NCBI GenBank assembly: GCA_038279365.1
Contig: JAYODI010000006.1
Location: 22,268 to 86,267, forward strand
Direction: 5' to 3'
DNA from: Candidatus Latescibacterota bacterium
GTDB lineage: Bacteria; Latescibacterota; UBA2968
Length of the DNA: 64,000 nt
In this document: piece by piece, positions 17,986 through 27,296 of the stretch
How positions within the stretch are numbered: the first letter of the stretch is position 1
Layout of the letters: each line of letters opens with the position of its first letter
The notes under the pieces: generated by a model
The model's database searches: none
What the model was told of the DNA's origin: nothing
The model's input: the letters and a program-made list of their open reading frames with translations, nothing else
Translations under genes and position numbers: made by a program

Positions 17986-18151
17986 ACGAACCTGCGGGTG
18001 TGCGAAAGCGCAAGTTCTCGAAGAGAACGCACCGAAGGTGCCCCGCTGCTCACGTAATAGACGAATAGACGAATAGACGAATAGACGAGGATATTTTGAT
18101 CCGTTGATTCGCAGTTTCGTTAATTCCCTGACTCGTTGATTCGTTGACTCG
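17981..18151. repeat. 8-bp repeat arrays enclosing a four-way-junction hairpin cassette
   Basis: AATAGACG at 17981 and x4 at 18056-18087; seven degenerate TTGATTCG units at 18096-18151; three GAA(A)-loop hairpins at 17994-18046. Confidence 0.85.
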
Positions 18152-18206
18152 TCCCCTTTTTAATTTTACATTTTTAATTTTCTTCTTCCTTTCTCAAGGA
18201 GCCTTC

Positions 18207-21200
18207 ATGAGCCTGCTGCACTTCTTCCGTAAACCCGCTCTCTCCCCGGCACAAAAACAAACCTTGCTCAAAAATGCCCGGCAAAATGTATCAACCAACA
18301 TTCAAGACCTTGATACCGAATACTGTTTTAACATCGACGTAAGCACCCCACTCTCTGCCGAACAACAAAATCTACTCGCTTGGCTCTTGAGAGAAACCTT
18401 CGAAGCCGATGCATTTTCCAATCAAAGCTTTTTAAAAGGACACGTGCTCGAAGTGGGCCCACGCCTGAACTTTAGCACTGCCTGGTCCACCAACGCCACA
18501 TCCATTTGTCACGCCTGTGGGCTCACACAAATCACACGCATAGAACGCTCGCGTCGCTACCTCATCAAAGGCACGCTCAGTCCGGCAGAGCAAGAACAGT
18601 TCTTGGCTTTGGTTCACGACCGAATGACCGAATGCCCCTATCCAGAACCACTCACAACCTTTGAAACAGGTGTCACCCCAGAGCCCACTTTTGAAATCCC
18701 GCTCATTGAAGAAGGTCGTGCCGCCTTAGAACGCATCAACCGCGAAATGGGCTTGGCCTTTGACGATTGGGATATGGACTATTACACCGATCTGTTTCTC
18801 GATCAAATCAAACGCAATCCCACCAATGTCGAGTGTTTTGACATTGCCCAGTCCAACAGCGAACACTGCCGCCATTGGTTTTTTAGAGGGCGAATGATCA
18901 TCGACGGGCAAGAAATGCCCGACCACCTCATTGCCATGGTTCAAAAACCACTCAAGGCCAACCCCAACAACAGCACCATCGCCTTCAAAGACAATTCCAG
19001 TGCCATTCGTGGGTACCCCATTCGCACCCTCACTCCCACACAACCCGGAAAACCAGGCGCATTTATACTCACCGACCAAAACTACGACATCATCTTTACC
19101 GCAGAGACACACAATTTCCCGTCTGGTGTCGCACCGTTTCCCGGTGCCGAAACGGGTACTGGCGGTCGCATTCGCGACGTGCAAGCCACAGGCCGTGGTG
19201 CGCTCGTTGTGGCAGGTACATCGGCCTATTGCGTGGGCAATCTCTACATCCCCGGTTATGATCTTCCCTGGGAAGATCGCACATTCAAATACCCCGAAAA
19301 TTTGGCCACACCCTTGCAAATCGAAATTGACGCCAGCAACGGGGCCTCAGACTATGGCAACAAATTTGGCGAACCCATGATTCAGGGCTACACACGCTCA
19401 TTTGGTTTGCGCTTGCCCAATGGCGAACGGCGCGAATACATCAAGCCCATCATGTTTAGTGGTGGCATTGGACAAATGGATGCACGCCACAGCGACAAAG
19501 AAAAACCCGAACCCAAAATGCTCGTCACCAAAATTGGTGGTCCCGCCTATCGTATTGGCATGGGCGGTGGTGCCGCATCCAGTATGGTGCAAGGTGAAAA
19601 CGAAGCCGAACTCGACTTCAATGCCGTACAACGCGGTGATGCCGAAATGGAACAAAAGCTCAACCGCGTCATTCGCGCCTGTGTCGAATTGGGCGATGCC
19701 AATCCCATTGTCAGCATTCACGACCAAGGTGCCGGTGGCAACTGCAATGTACTTAAAGAAATTGTTGAACCCGAAGGCGCGCGCATCGACATTCGCTCGG
19801 TTATTGTCGGTGACAACACCTTATCGGTGCTCGAAATTTGGGGTGCCGAATTTCAGGAAAACAGCGCCCTACTCGTTCGCCCCGAACACGCCCAATTATT
19901 TGATGCCCTCTGCAAACGCGAAAAAATGCTCTACGCATTTGTAGGCGAAGTCACAGGCGATGGCAAAGTGGTCGTTTACGACAGCGAAACAGACACCACC
20001 CCCGTCGATTTGGAACTCGACAAAGTCTTAGGTGATATGCCACAAAAAACATTTAAGTTTGATCGTTTCCCCATCCAAACCCAAGCGCTCGCATTACCAA
20101 ACAATCTCACCGTTGTCGATGCCTTAGATCGCGTTTTGCGTTTGGTCTCCGTGGGCTCCAAACGCTTTTTAACCAACAAAGTAGATCGCAGCGTCACTGG
20201 GCTTATTGCCCAACAACAATGCGTGGGCCCTTTACAAATTACAGCCGCCGATGTGGCCGTTATTGCCCAAAGCCATTTCGCCACCACTGGTGCCGCAACC
20301 GCCATTGGCGAGCAACCCATTAAAGGCCTCATCGACCCCGCCGCCATGGCCCGTCTTTGTGTGGGTGAAATGCTCACCAACATTGCTTGGGCAAACATCA
20401 GTGCCATTGAAGACATCAAATGCTCTGGCAACTGGATGTGGGCCGCCAAATTACCCGGTGAAGGTGCAGCCCTTTACGATGCTGCCCAAGCCTTGGTCGA
20501 TATTCTACTCGACTTGGGCATGGCCATCGACGGGGGCAAAGACAGCCTGTCCATGGCCGCCATTGCACCAGGAGAAAACGGAAAAGACGAAACCGTTAAA
20601 ACACCAGGCACACTGGTGGTTTCAGGTTATGTCACTTGCCCAGACATCAACAAAACGGTCACCCCCGACCTCAAGTTGGCAGATTCTGGCAAATTGCTCT
20701 ATATCGACTTGGGCAATGGCAAACACCGTCTGGGTGGATCATCACTGGCCCATGTCTTTCAACAATTGGGTGATACATCTCCCGATGTTGATAACGTGGC
20801 CCAACTCAAACATGCCATAGAAGCATTACAAATCTGCATTGCAAATGGATGGATTTCAGCGGGTCACGACCGCAGCGATGGTGGGCTGATCACCACCTTG
20901 CTCGAAATGGCTTTTGCTGGCAATTGTGGCATCCAAATCAATCTCACATCTCAAGCCGATCCCATTTCAACTTTGTTTTCCGAAGAACTCGGTTTGGTCA
21001 TCGAAGTCGATCCCACACGTGAAGCCGATGTTGTAAACACTTTCCAAAACGCCAATGTGCCCATTGCCACAATTGGACACGTAACATCCGATACGGCCAT
21101 TCACGTTTCAGTTAATGCCACAACAGTGCTGCAAGCCAATATGACCGACCTGCGCAACACGTGGGAAGCCACCAGTTTCCAACTCGAGCGCCGCCAAACC

Positions 21201-22112
21201 AATCCAGAATGTGTCGATCAAGAAGAAGAAGGCTTGGTCACCCGCAGCGCACCACCTTATCAACTCACATTCACTCCCACGCCTACATCCAATGAAATAC
21301 TTTCGGCCAAAGACAAACCCAAAGTCGCCATCATTCGCGAAGAAGGCAGCAATGGTGATCGCGAAATGACGTCTGCCTTTTTTGCCGCAGGCTTTGAACC
21401 CTGGGATGTGACCATGTCCGATCTTTTAAATGGCTTGGTCACACTCGATGCATTTCGTGGTGTTGTTTTTGTGGGTGGATTTAGTTATGCCGATGTGCTC
21501 GATTCCGCCAAAGGCTGGGCAGGTGTCATTCGTTTCAATGAAAACCTTTGGACACAGTTCAATGCCTTTTACAATCGCCCAGACACCTTTTCACTCGGCG
21601 TCTGCAACGGGTGCCAACTTATGGCCTTATTGGGTTGGGTGCCATTTTCTGGCCTTGAAGATACCATTCAGCCCCGTTTCATTCACAATGCTTCAGGTCG
21701 TTTTGAATCGCGTTTTTCCACGCTTCAAGTTCAAGAAAGCCCATCCATTATGCTCAAAAATATGGCAGGGTCATCGTTGGGCGTCTGGGTGGCGCACGGT
21801 GAAGGCCAAGCCTTTTTTCCCAACAAAGACATTCTCAATCGCGTTCAAAACGAAAACTTGGTGCCCGTCAGTTATGTCGATGACAACAATGCCCCTACCG
21901 AATCTTATCCCTTTAACCCCAATGGTTCACCCAATGGCATAGCAGGCCTCTGTTCTCCCGATGGCCGTCACTTGGCCATGATGCCCCACCCCGAACGCGC
22001 CTTTCTCAAATGGCAATGGGGATGGATGCCCACCGATTGGAAAAATAACCTGCAAGCTTCTCCTTGGTTGCAAATGTTTCAAAATGCACGCGCCTGGTGT
22101 GACACCATCTAA
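18207..22112 (+). CDS. purL: Phosphoribosylformylglycinamidine synthase, large single-chain type
   Basis: NSEHCRHWFF, AETHNFP, HDQGAGG, glutaminase GVCNGCQ and MMPHPER; AAGGAG RBS. Confidence 0.98.
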   Translation: MSLLHFFRKPALSPAQKQTLLKNARQNVSTNIQDLDTEYCFNIDVSTPLSAEQQNLLAWLLRETFEADAFSNQSFLKGHVLEVGPRLNFSTAWSTNATSICHACGLTQITRIERSRRYLIKGTLSPAEQEQFLALVHDRMTECPYPEPLTTFETGVTPEPTFEIPLIEEGRAALERINREMGLAFDDWDMDYYTDLFLDQIKRNPTNVECFDIAQSNSEHCRHWFFRGRMIIDGQEMPDHLIAMVQKPLKANPNNSTIAFKDNSSAIRGYPIRTLTPTQPGKPGAFILTDQNYDIIFTAETHNFPSGVAPFPGAETGTGGRIRDVQATGRGALVVAGTSAYCVGNLYIPGYDLPWEDRTFKYPENLATPLQIEIDASNGASDYGNKFGEPMIQGYTRSFGLRLPNGERREYIKPIMFSGGIGQMDARHSDKEKPEPKMLVTKIGGPAYRIGMGGGAASSMVQGENEAELDFNAVQRGDAEMEQKLNRVIRACVELGDANPIVSIHDQGAGGNCNVLKEIVEPEGARIDIRSVIVGDNTLSVLEIWGAEFQENSALLVRPEHAQLFDALCKREKMLYAFVGEVTGDGKVVVYDSETDTTPVDLELDKVLGDMPQKTFKFDRFPIQTQALALPNNLTVVDALDRVLRLVSVGSKRFLTNKVDRSVTGLIAQQQCVGPLQITAADVAVIAQSHFATTGAATAIGEQPIKGLIDPAAMARLCVGEMLTNIAWANISAIEDIKCSGNWMWAAKLPGEGAALYDAAQALVDILLDLGMAIDGGKDSLSMAAIAPGENGKDETVKTPGTLVVSGYVTCPDINKTVTPDLKLADSGKLLYIDLGNGKHRLGGSSLAHVFQQLGDTSPDVDNVAQLKHAIEALQICIANGWISAGHDRSDGGLITTLLEMAFAGNCGIQINLTSQADPISTLFSEELGLVIEVDPTREADVVNTFQNANVPIATIGHVTSDTAIHVSVNATTVLQANMTDLRNTWEATSFQLERRQTNPECVDQEEEGLVTRSAPPYQLTFTPTPTSNEILSAKDKPKVAIIREEGSNGDREMTSAFFAAGFEPWDVTMSDLLNGLVTLDAFRGVVFVGGFSYADVLDSAKGWAGVIRFNENLWTQFNAFYNRPDTFSLGVCNGCQLMALLGWVPFSGLEDTIQPRFIHNASGRFESRFSTLQVQESPSIMLKNMAGSSLGVWVAHGEGQAFFPNKDILNRVQNENLVPVSYVDDNNAPTESYPFNPNGSPNGIAGLCSPDGRHLAMMPHPERAFLKWQWGWMPTDWKNNLQASPWLQMFQNARAWCDTI

Positions 22113-22123
22113 AATGAAAAAAG

Positions 22124-22166
22124 AAAAGCCCTTCAGAAATCTGATAAATTTCTGAAGGGCTTTTTT
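22124..22166. terminator. Bidirectional terminator
   Basis: AAAAGCCCTTCAGAAAT-N7-ATTTCTGAAGGGCTTTTTT. Confidence 0.9.
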
Positions 22167-22185
22167 AATGGCCATGCCATTCCAA

Positions 22186-22761
22186 TTATTTTTTCTTTTT
22201 TAATTCTGCAATCTTAGCCACAAAATCATCAAAATCGTAGCGGTCGCCATTGTTTTTTCCCACATACCGAAACACTTCTTTACCCTTTGGGTCAAGAATC
22301 ACCAGTGCAGGGTAGTGCACCACTTGACCGTGAAATTTATATCCAAACGGAATATCAAAAGCTTTGGCAAGTCCTGCTTCTGTGTCGCGATAAATAACAG
22401 GCAAATCATCTGCAACATTTTCACCAGATTGGTTTTTCTGATCTAACTTAACGCTCCATTCTTTTATCTCTTCGTCTGTATCAGGTTTTAAAAAAACGTG
22501 TACGGCTTCTGGCACTTCATTGGCACGCCACGCATAATCAATCGTATGGCGAATACAATAAGGACAAGCCGTCTTTAATAAAAAATGTAATGCAACATAC
22601 TTCCCCTTGGCATCCGACAATTTAAAAACGCCATCACCATCGGCCTCGTGTACCACAAAATTTGTTTTATCCACACCTTCCATCTTTTTGGCATCTTCTG
22701 CCCACACCGTTGTGACACCCCATACCAAAAGCAGCAAACAACCTACCCATATATTTTTCAT
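22186..22761 (-). CDS. Exported thioredoxin-fold redoxin (AhpC/TSA-like)
   Basis: Signal peptide, LSDAKGKYVAL, CPYC, PALVILDPKGK. Confidence 0.8.
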   Translation of the reverse strand: MKNIWVGCLLLLVWGVTTVWAEDAKKMEGVDKTNFVVHEADGDGVFKLSDAKGKYVALHFLLKTACPYCIRHTIDYAWRANEVPEAVHVFLKPDTDEEIKEWSVKLDQKNQSGENVADDLPVIYRDTEAGLAKAFDIPFGYKFHGQVVHYPALVILDPKGKEVFRYVGKNNGDRYDFDDFVAKIAELKKKK

Positions 22762-22879
22762 TCATTCATCTCCAAAAACAATATTGTGATTTATTCAAAT
22801 GAGAAATCATACTTTCTCCGGCTATGTGAATAAATGAAAATGTAATGTATTTTACACCTCCCGCCAGTCTAACAACTTA

Positions 22880-24043
22880 TCACTCAATACGCTCTGCGCC
22901 ATTGACCGCCGAGCAAACATAAATCTCAGGCGTGAGTTTTGTCGCCTGAGGGTACTTTTCATTGATTGTAGCCATAAAGCCATCAACAGCATCATCTTCC
23001 ACCAGATTAACCGTGCAACCACCAAATCCAGCCCCCGTCATCCGTGCCCCCAAAACCCCAGGCACCCCATTGGCAATATCCACCAACAGATCCAACTCCA
23101 TACCGCTCACTTCATAATCATCGCGCAAGCTCACATGAGATGCATGCATCAATTGTCCAAAGCCAGCCACATCACCTACCTGTAACAATGCCACAGCCTT
23201 TTTTGTGCGGTCATTTTCCGTAATGACGTGACGACATCGTTTAAATATCTCTTCCGACAATGCACCTTTATAGGTCTCCAACTGGTCCATAGATACATCG
23301 CGCAGTGCTTTAAAATCTTTTCCTGATGCCAATCCCAAATGCCGCACCCCATTCTCACATGCTGACCGACGTTCGTTATAAGCCGAAGTGGTTAACCCCC
23401 GTGTCACACCAGAATTACAAATCACAATACGCACACCCTCTTTCGCCAATGGCACCAAATCATAAGACAAGTCACGGCAATCCAAAAACAACGCGTGGCC
23501 AGCTTTGCCGTTGGCCGAAATAAACTGATCCATAATGCCACAATTAACACCCACAAATTGATTTTCGGCACGTTGCCCCAACAGCGCCAAATCGGGGCCA
23601 GAAAGATCGATATCATTTAACGCCAAAAGCATTTTCCCTACGGCCATCTCTACAGCCGCAGAACTGCTTAACCCTGCTCCCATAGGCACATTGCCCACCA
23701 CCGCAGCATCAAAACCTTTAAGAGAATGACCCAATTTTTGAAATTCTCTAATCACACCTTTTCCATAATCTGCCCAATGTTTTTTAGCCACCAATTCTTT
23801 GTCCAAGGCATATTCTACCAATTCCTTATGCATGCCCGAAAACACACGCACCAACTGATCATTTCGGGCACGCACAGCAATCACCACCCAGCGATCAATC
23901 GCAACTGGAAACACAAAACCATCATTATAGTCCGTATGTTCACCAATTAAATTCACGCGACCTGGTGCTTGTACCAAAAACTCAGGTGAACAATCAAAAG
24001 CCGATTCAAATGCACTTTGCGCCTGCACAACAATGGGATGCAC
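22880..24043 (-). CDS. galK: Galactokinase
   Basis: APGRVNLIGEHTDYNDG, GAGLSSSAA, CGIMDQ, GARMTGAGFGGC. Confidence 0.98.
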   Translation of the reverse strand: MHPIVVQAQSAFESAFDCSPEFLVQAPGRVNLIGEHTDYNDGFVFPVAIDRWVVIAVRARNDQLVRVFSGMHKELVEYALDKELVAKKHWADYGKGVIREFQKLGHSLKGFDAAVVGNVPMGAGLSSSAAVEMAVGKMLLALNDIDLSGPDLALLGQRAENQFVGVNCGIMDQFISANGKAGHALFLDCRDLSYDLVPLAKEGVRIVICNSGVTRGLTTSAYNERRSACENGVRHLGLASGKDFKALRDVSMDQLETYKGALSEEIFKRCRHVITENDRTKKAVALLQVGDVAGFGQLMHASHVSLRDDYEVSGMELDLLVDIANGVPGVLGARMTGAGFGGCTVNLVEDDAVDGFMATINEKYPQATKLTPEIYVCSAVNGAERIE

Positions 24044-24100
24044 ACTCGCCTCCTTCTCACTTATCAGATAAGTATTTTAAATTTTACTGCCTCTCACCCA

Positions 24101-26248
24101 TTATCCACACATGGCATGACGCAACTCTTCGGCGGTGATATCTGGGTCCGATGGATTAATCAAATTTCCAAAAATATCGGCACCAACCACGTGCTTTCGC
24201 AAACCTGGCCCACGCAAAAGAGAGGTGATATGAATTTGCATGTGGTATCCATAATCAACCCCATTGGTTGGCGTTTGCAACAATGCCAATGTATAATGAT
24301 AAGGCGAATCAAATAAACCATCCAACCCCACCAATACACGTTTCAAAACACTGGCCAATCCCCACCGTTCACGGCCATCCAATTCAACCAAACTGGCCAC
24401 ATGGCGCTTGGGTACAATCATTACATCATAAGGAAATTGTGCCGCGTAAGGCACATAAGCCACCACATCTTCCTGATCAGCGAGAATACGCCGTCCATCA
24501 TCTCTTTCAACCTGATTGGCATCACATACAAAACATCGGCCGTGATCTTTTTGATATTGTGAAAACATGGCCAATTGGGGTTTGATAATCAGATCCGGAA
24601 TTTCGCCATAGGCATACACTTGTCCATGTGGGTGAGGTTGTGAATTGCCCATCACCGTGCCTCTGTTTTCAAAAATCAACGGATACACAATCTCTATCTG
24701 TTTACCCAACCGATCATAAATATCTGCCCAAGCATCCACCACTTTCACAATGGCATCTACCGACAGCGTAGACAACCTTTGTGAATGATTGGGGCCATAA
24801 ACCACCACCTCACACACACCGCGCGATGTTCGTGAGGCATACGGGCCATTTTGTGAAGAAGCTTCATATGCATCCAAAACCAATGATGAAAAATCATTGG
24901 CAAATGTCCAAACCCCTTCATACTTTGGGTTCACATCTCCCGTAACACGCGTATTGGTGGGGCACAAATAACACTCAGGTTCATAAGTTACATCCCCCCC
25001 AGTCTCCATCGCTTGGGTTTCCCCACGCCATGGTCTATTACCCCGATGGGCCGCAATATTCACCCATCGATTCCAAAATGGGTTAAACCGCTCTTCTTGA
25101 ACAACACGATATCCTTGCGGATGTAAACGATGCCAATGCCATGCCGATTCCAATGTCTCTAATAGCGTTTCTTTCGTTTTCCATCCCAACTCTTGTGCAA
25201 TTTTATCGGCATTGGCAATCAGTGTCGCAGGATCCCCACTTCTGCGCTGTCCAGAAATTTCAGGAATGGCATGCCCCGTCACCTCTCTGGCCGCTTCAAT
25301 AATTTCTCTGACCCCAAACCCTTTGCTCGACCCCAAATTATAGGTCATGGAAGGTGCACCGGATATTAATTTATCCAAACACAAAACATGGGCATCGGCC
25401 AATTCGGGCACAGAAATATAATCTCTAACCGCCGTGCCATCAGGCGTGTCATAATCGTTTCCAAAAACTGTAATGTGGGGCCTTTGCCCCAATGCCACTT
25501 GTAAAACAATCGGAATCAAATGTGTTTCAGGATCGTGATCTTCACCAATCAACCGAGAACGATCTGCACCTGCTGCATTAAAATAACGCAAAGCAGCAAA
25601 CCGACGCCCCGAACGGATCAACAAACGTTCATCCATCACCTTGGTGATACCATATACATTGGTCGGAATTTTTAAATGCGCAACATCATCACCACCCAAT
25701 GCAAGCAAATCATTTTGTTCGGCAACCTCTTTTGTATACCAATTTAACAGTGTTTCAAAATCCACCGAAGCGGGCATCAACTGACTCTGATCAAACCCAC
25801 CAGAAGACAAAAGCATATCCTGATAATTTTCTTTGAGAGGAATATGCTTTGAGGCAGGTTCACCATAGGTCGCAGCCGTTGAAGATTTAACAATTGGCAC
25901 ATCACCCGATACAGCAACAAGATTTCGAAAAGCAATCACATTGTTGTCAAAATAAAATCTCGGTTTCTGTTGAGATTCACCCACCAAGCTTTTGGCTGCA
26001 AAATCAATAATTCCCACAAAGGAATGACGGTTAAAAACCTCAGATAATGCAGGCAAATCCAACAAACTCACTTTTTCAAAACAAAATTGTCCTGGGCCAT
26101 AAACCCGTTCAAACAATGTCAATACCTCTTTGTGCCCTGTAGACAAGTCGTCTAAAACCACAACGCGTCGATTGTCTTCTAACAGTCGGCGTGCCGTATG
26201 GCTACCAATATATCCTGCCCCACCCGTAATCAAAATCGCATCCGTCAT
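24101..26248 (-). CDS. galE-galT: Bifunctional UDP-glucose 4-epimerase / galactose-1-phosphate uridylyltransferase (GalE-GalT fusion)
   Basis: aa 1-380: TGGAGYIGSH, YGITK, RYFNAAG, GNDYDTPDGT. aa ~385-715: HRGNRPW, CYLCP, FENRG..MGNSQPHPHGQ. One uninterrupted frame. Confidence 0.93.
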   Translation of the reverse strand: MTDAILITGGAGYIGSHTARRLLEDNRRVVVLDDLSTGHKEVLTLFERVYGPGQFCFEKVSLLDLPALSEVFNRHSFVGIIDFAAKSLVGESQQKPRFYFDNNVIAFRNLVAVSGDVPIVKSSTAATYGEPASKHIPLKENYQDMLLSSGGFDQSQLMPASVDFETLLNWYTKEVAEQNDLLALGGDDVAHLKIPTNVYGITKVMDERLLIRSGRRFAALRYFNAAGADRSRLIGEDHDPETHLIPIVLQVALGQRPHITVFGNDYDTPDGTAVRDYISVPELADAHVLCLDKLISGAPSMTYNLGSSKGFGVREIIEAAREVTGHAIPEISGQRRSGDPATLIANADKIAQELGWKTKETLLETLESAWHWHRLHPQGYRVVQEERFNPFWNRWVNIAAHRGNRPWRGETQAMETGGDVTYEPECYLCPTNTRVTGDVNPKYEGVWTFANDFSSLVLDAYEASSQNGPYASRTSRGVCEVVVYGPNHSQRLSTLSVDAIVKVVDAWADIYDRLGKQIEIVYPLIFENRGTVMGNSQPHPHGQVYAYGEIPDLIIKPQLAMFSQYQKDHGRCFVCDANQVERDDGRRILADQEDVVAYVPYAAQFPYDVMIVPKRHVASLVELDGRERWGLASVLKRVLVGLDGLFDSPYHYTLALLQTPTNGVDYGYHMQIHITSLLRGPGLRKHVVGADIFGNLINPSDPDITAEELRHAMCG

Positions 26249-26336
26249 ACCACACCCTTTTTCTAATAAACAATGAAACAGACCTATCTTCTTACCCTGG
26301 CATCATCTGCAAAAAGATGTCCCTACCGAAAACCAC

Positions 26337-26876
26337 CTATTCATCCATTTTCATTTGAATAGGAAGCAATACCGTAAATGTTGTGCCTTCTCCCAGTTTG
26401 CTAAAAACGCGAATTTCTCCATGATGATCTTCTATAATTTGATAGCAAATTGACAACCCCAGCCCAGTTCCCACGCCGACCCCTTTGGTCGTAAAACCAG
26501 GGTCAAAAATGCGAGAAATATTTTCTTTTGATATGCCTCGCCCATTATCAACAATATCTATTTCAACCATTTCCCCAACCTTGCGTGTGCGAATCGTGAT
26601 CTGCCCTTTACCCTCTATGGCCTGAGCCGCATTGACCAATAAGTTGAGAAATACTTGATTCACACGTGAAAAATAAACATCCGTGCTGTCAACCTCAGAC
26701 ATTATGGTCAAATCATACGGATCATGTTTATATGTGCTGTCCATATAAACGGGTTTTATCTCTTGGGCATTAACCGTTCCCCAAATGCACCACATAAGAA
26801 TCATCCACCCGCCCAAACGCAGAAGACACCCTATTGTTCTTTCCAAAACACACCTCACACAAGCCAGGTAAAACAC
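26337..26876 (-). pseudogene. Internally deleted sensor kinase: signal-peptide-like stub joined to HATPase_c only
   Basis: NQVFLNLLVNA, DNGRG, DPGFTTK, GTGLGL are present; there is no H-box/HisKA; the N-terminus looks like an export signal. Confidence 0.6.
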
Positions 26877-27157
26877 CCACTATTATCCACAGAGACCCAA
26901 AAAACATGTCCATTGCAATGGCCAATCATACCATAAGATAGGTACATTTACTGCTTTTGCAATAGCTTCCAATGCCCCAATTACACAGGTAGGTTATAAA
27001 ATATAAAACCTTTCATGATCTCCATGACAAGTAATCTCTATGCATTCAAAAGCATGTCTAACCCCATCTTCCCCCAAAAGGTGTAGATGTCACTCAAGCC
27101 CAGTCAAACACGACACAACCATAGGCGCCCACAACCAAAAAACTGACCTTAAATCCC

Positions 27158-27186
27158 TTGACATATGCTACAAAAGTACTTATGTT
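27158..27186 (+). promoter_or_regulatory. Sigma70-type promoter for greA
   Basis: TTGACA-N17-TATGTT. Confidence 0.75.
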
Positions 27187-27202
27187 TTTTGAACATAAGA
27201 TG

Positions 27203-27296
27203 AATAGCGGCGTTAGGCCGCTGTTTTTATATTCCAATCTATCCCGAGGTTCTATTTCTCTGTTATTGAGGAATCGAGTTTCGGGATAGGTTTTTA
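27203..27296 (+). promoter_or_regulatory. greA leader with two hairpin + U-tract elements (putative attenuator)
   Basis: ATAGCGGC/GCCGCTGT-TTTT and AATCTATCCCGAGG/TTTCGGGATAGGTT-TTT. Confidence 0.55.

Noticed and set aside
17994-18046. tRNA or tRNA fragment
   Set aside because: Cloverleaf-like topology, but only 53 nt with 3-4 nt loops; no T-loop, anticodon loop or CCA.
18056-18151. CRISPR array
   Set aside because: Units are 8 bp, contiguous and spacer-less; there are no cas genes in the window.
25667-25828. Intein in GalE
   Set aside because: Far too short and lacks a C/S start and HN end.
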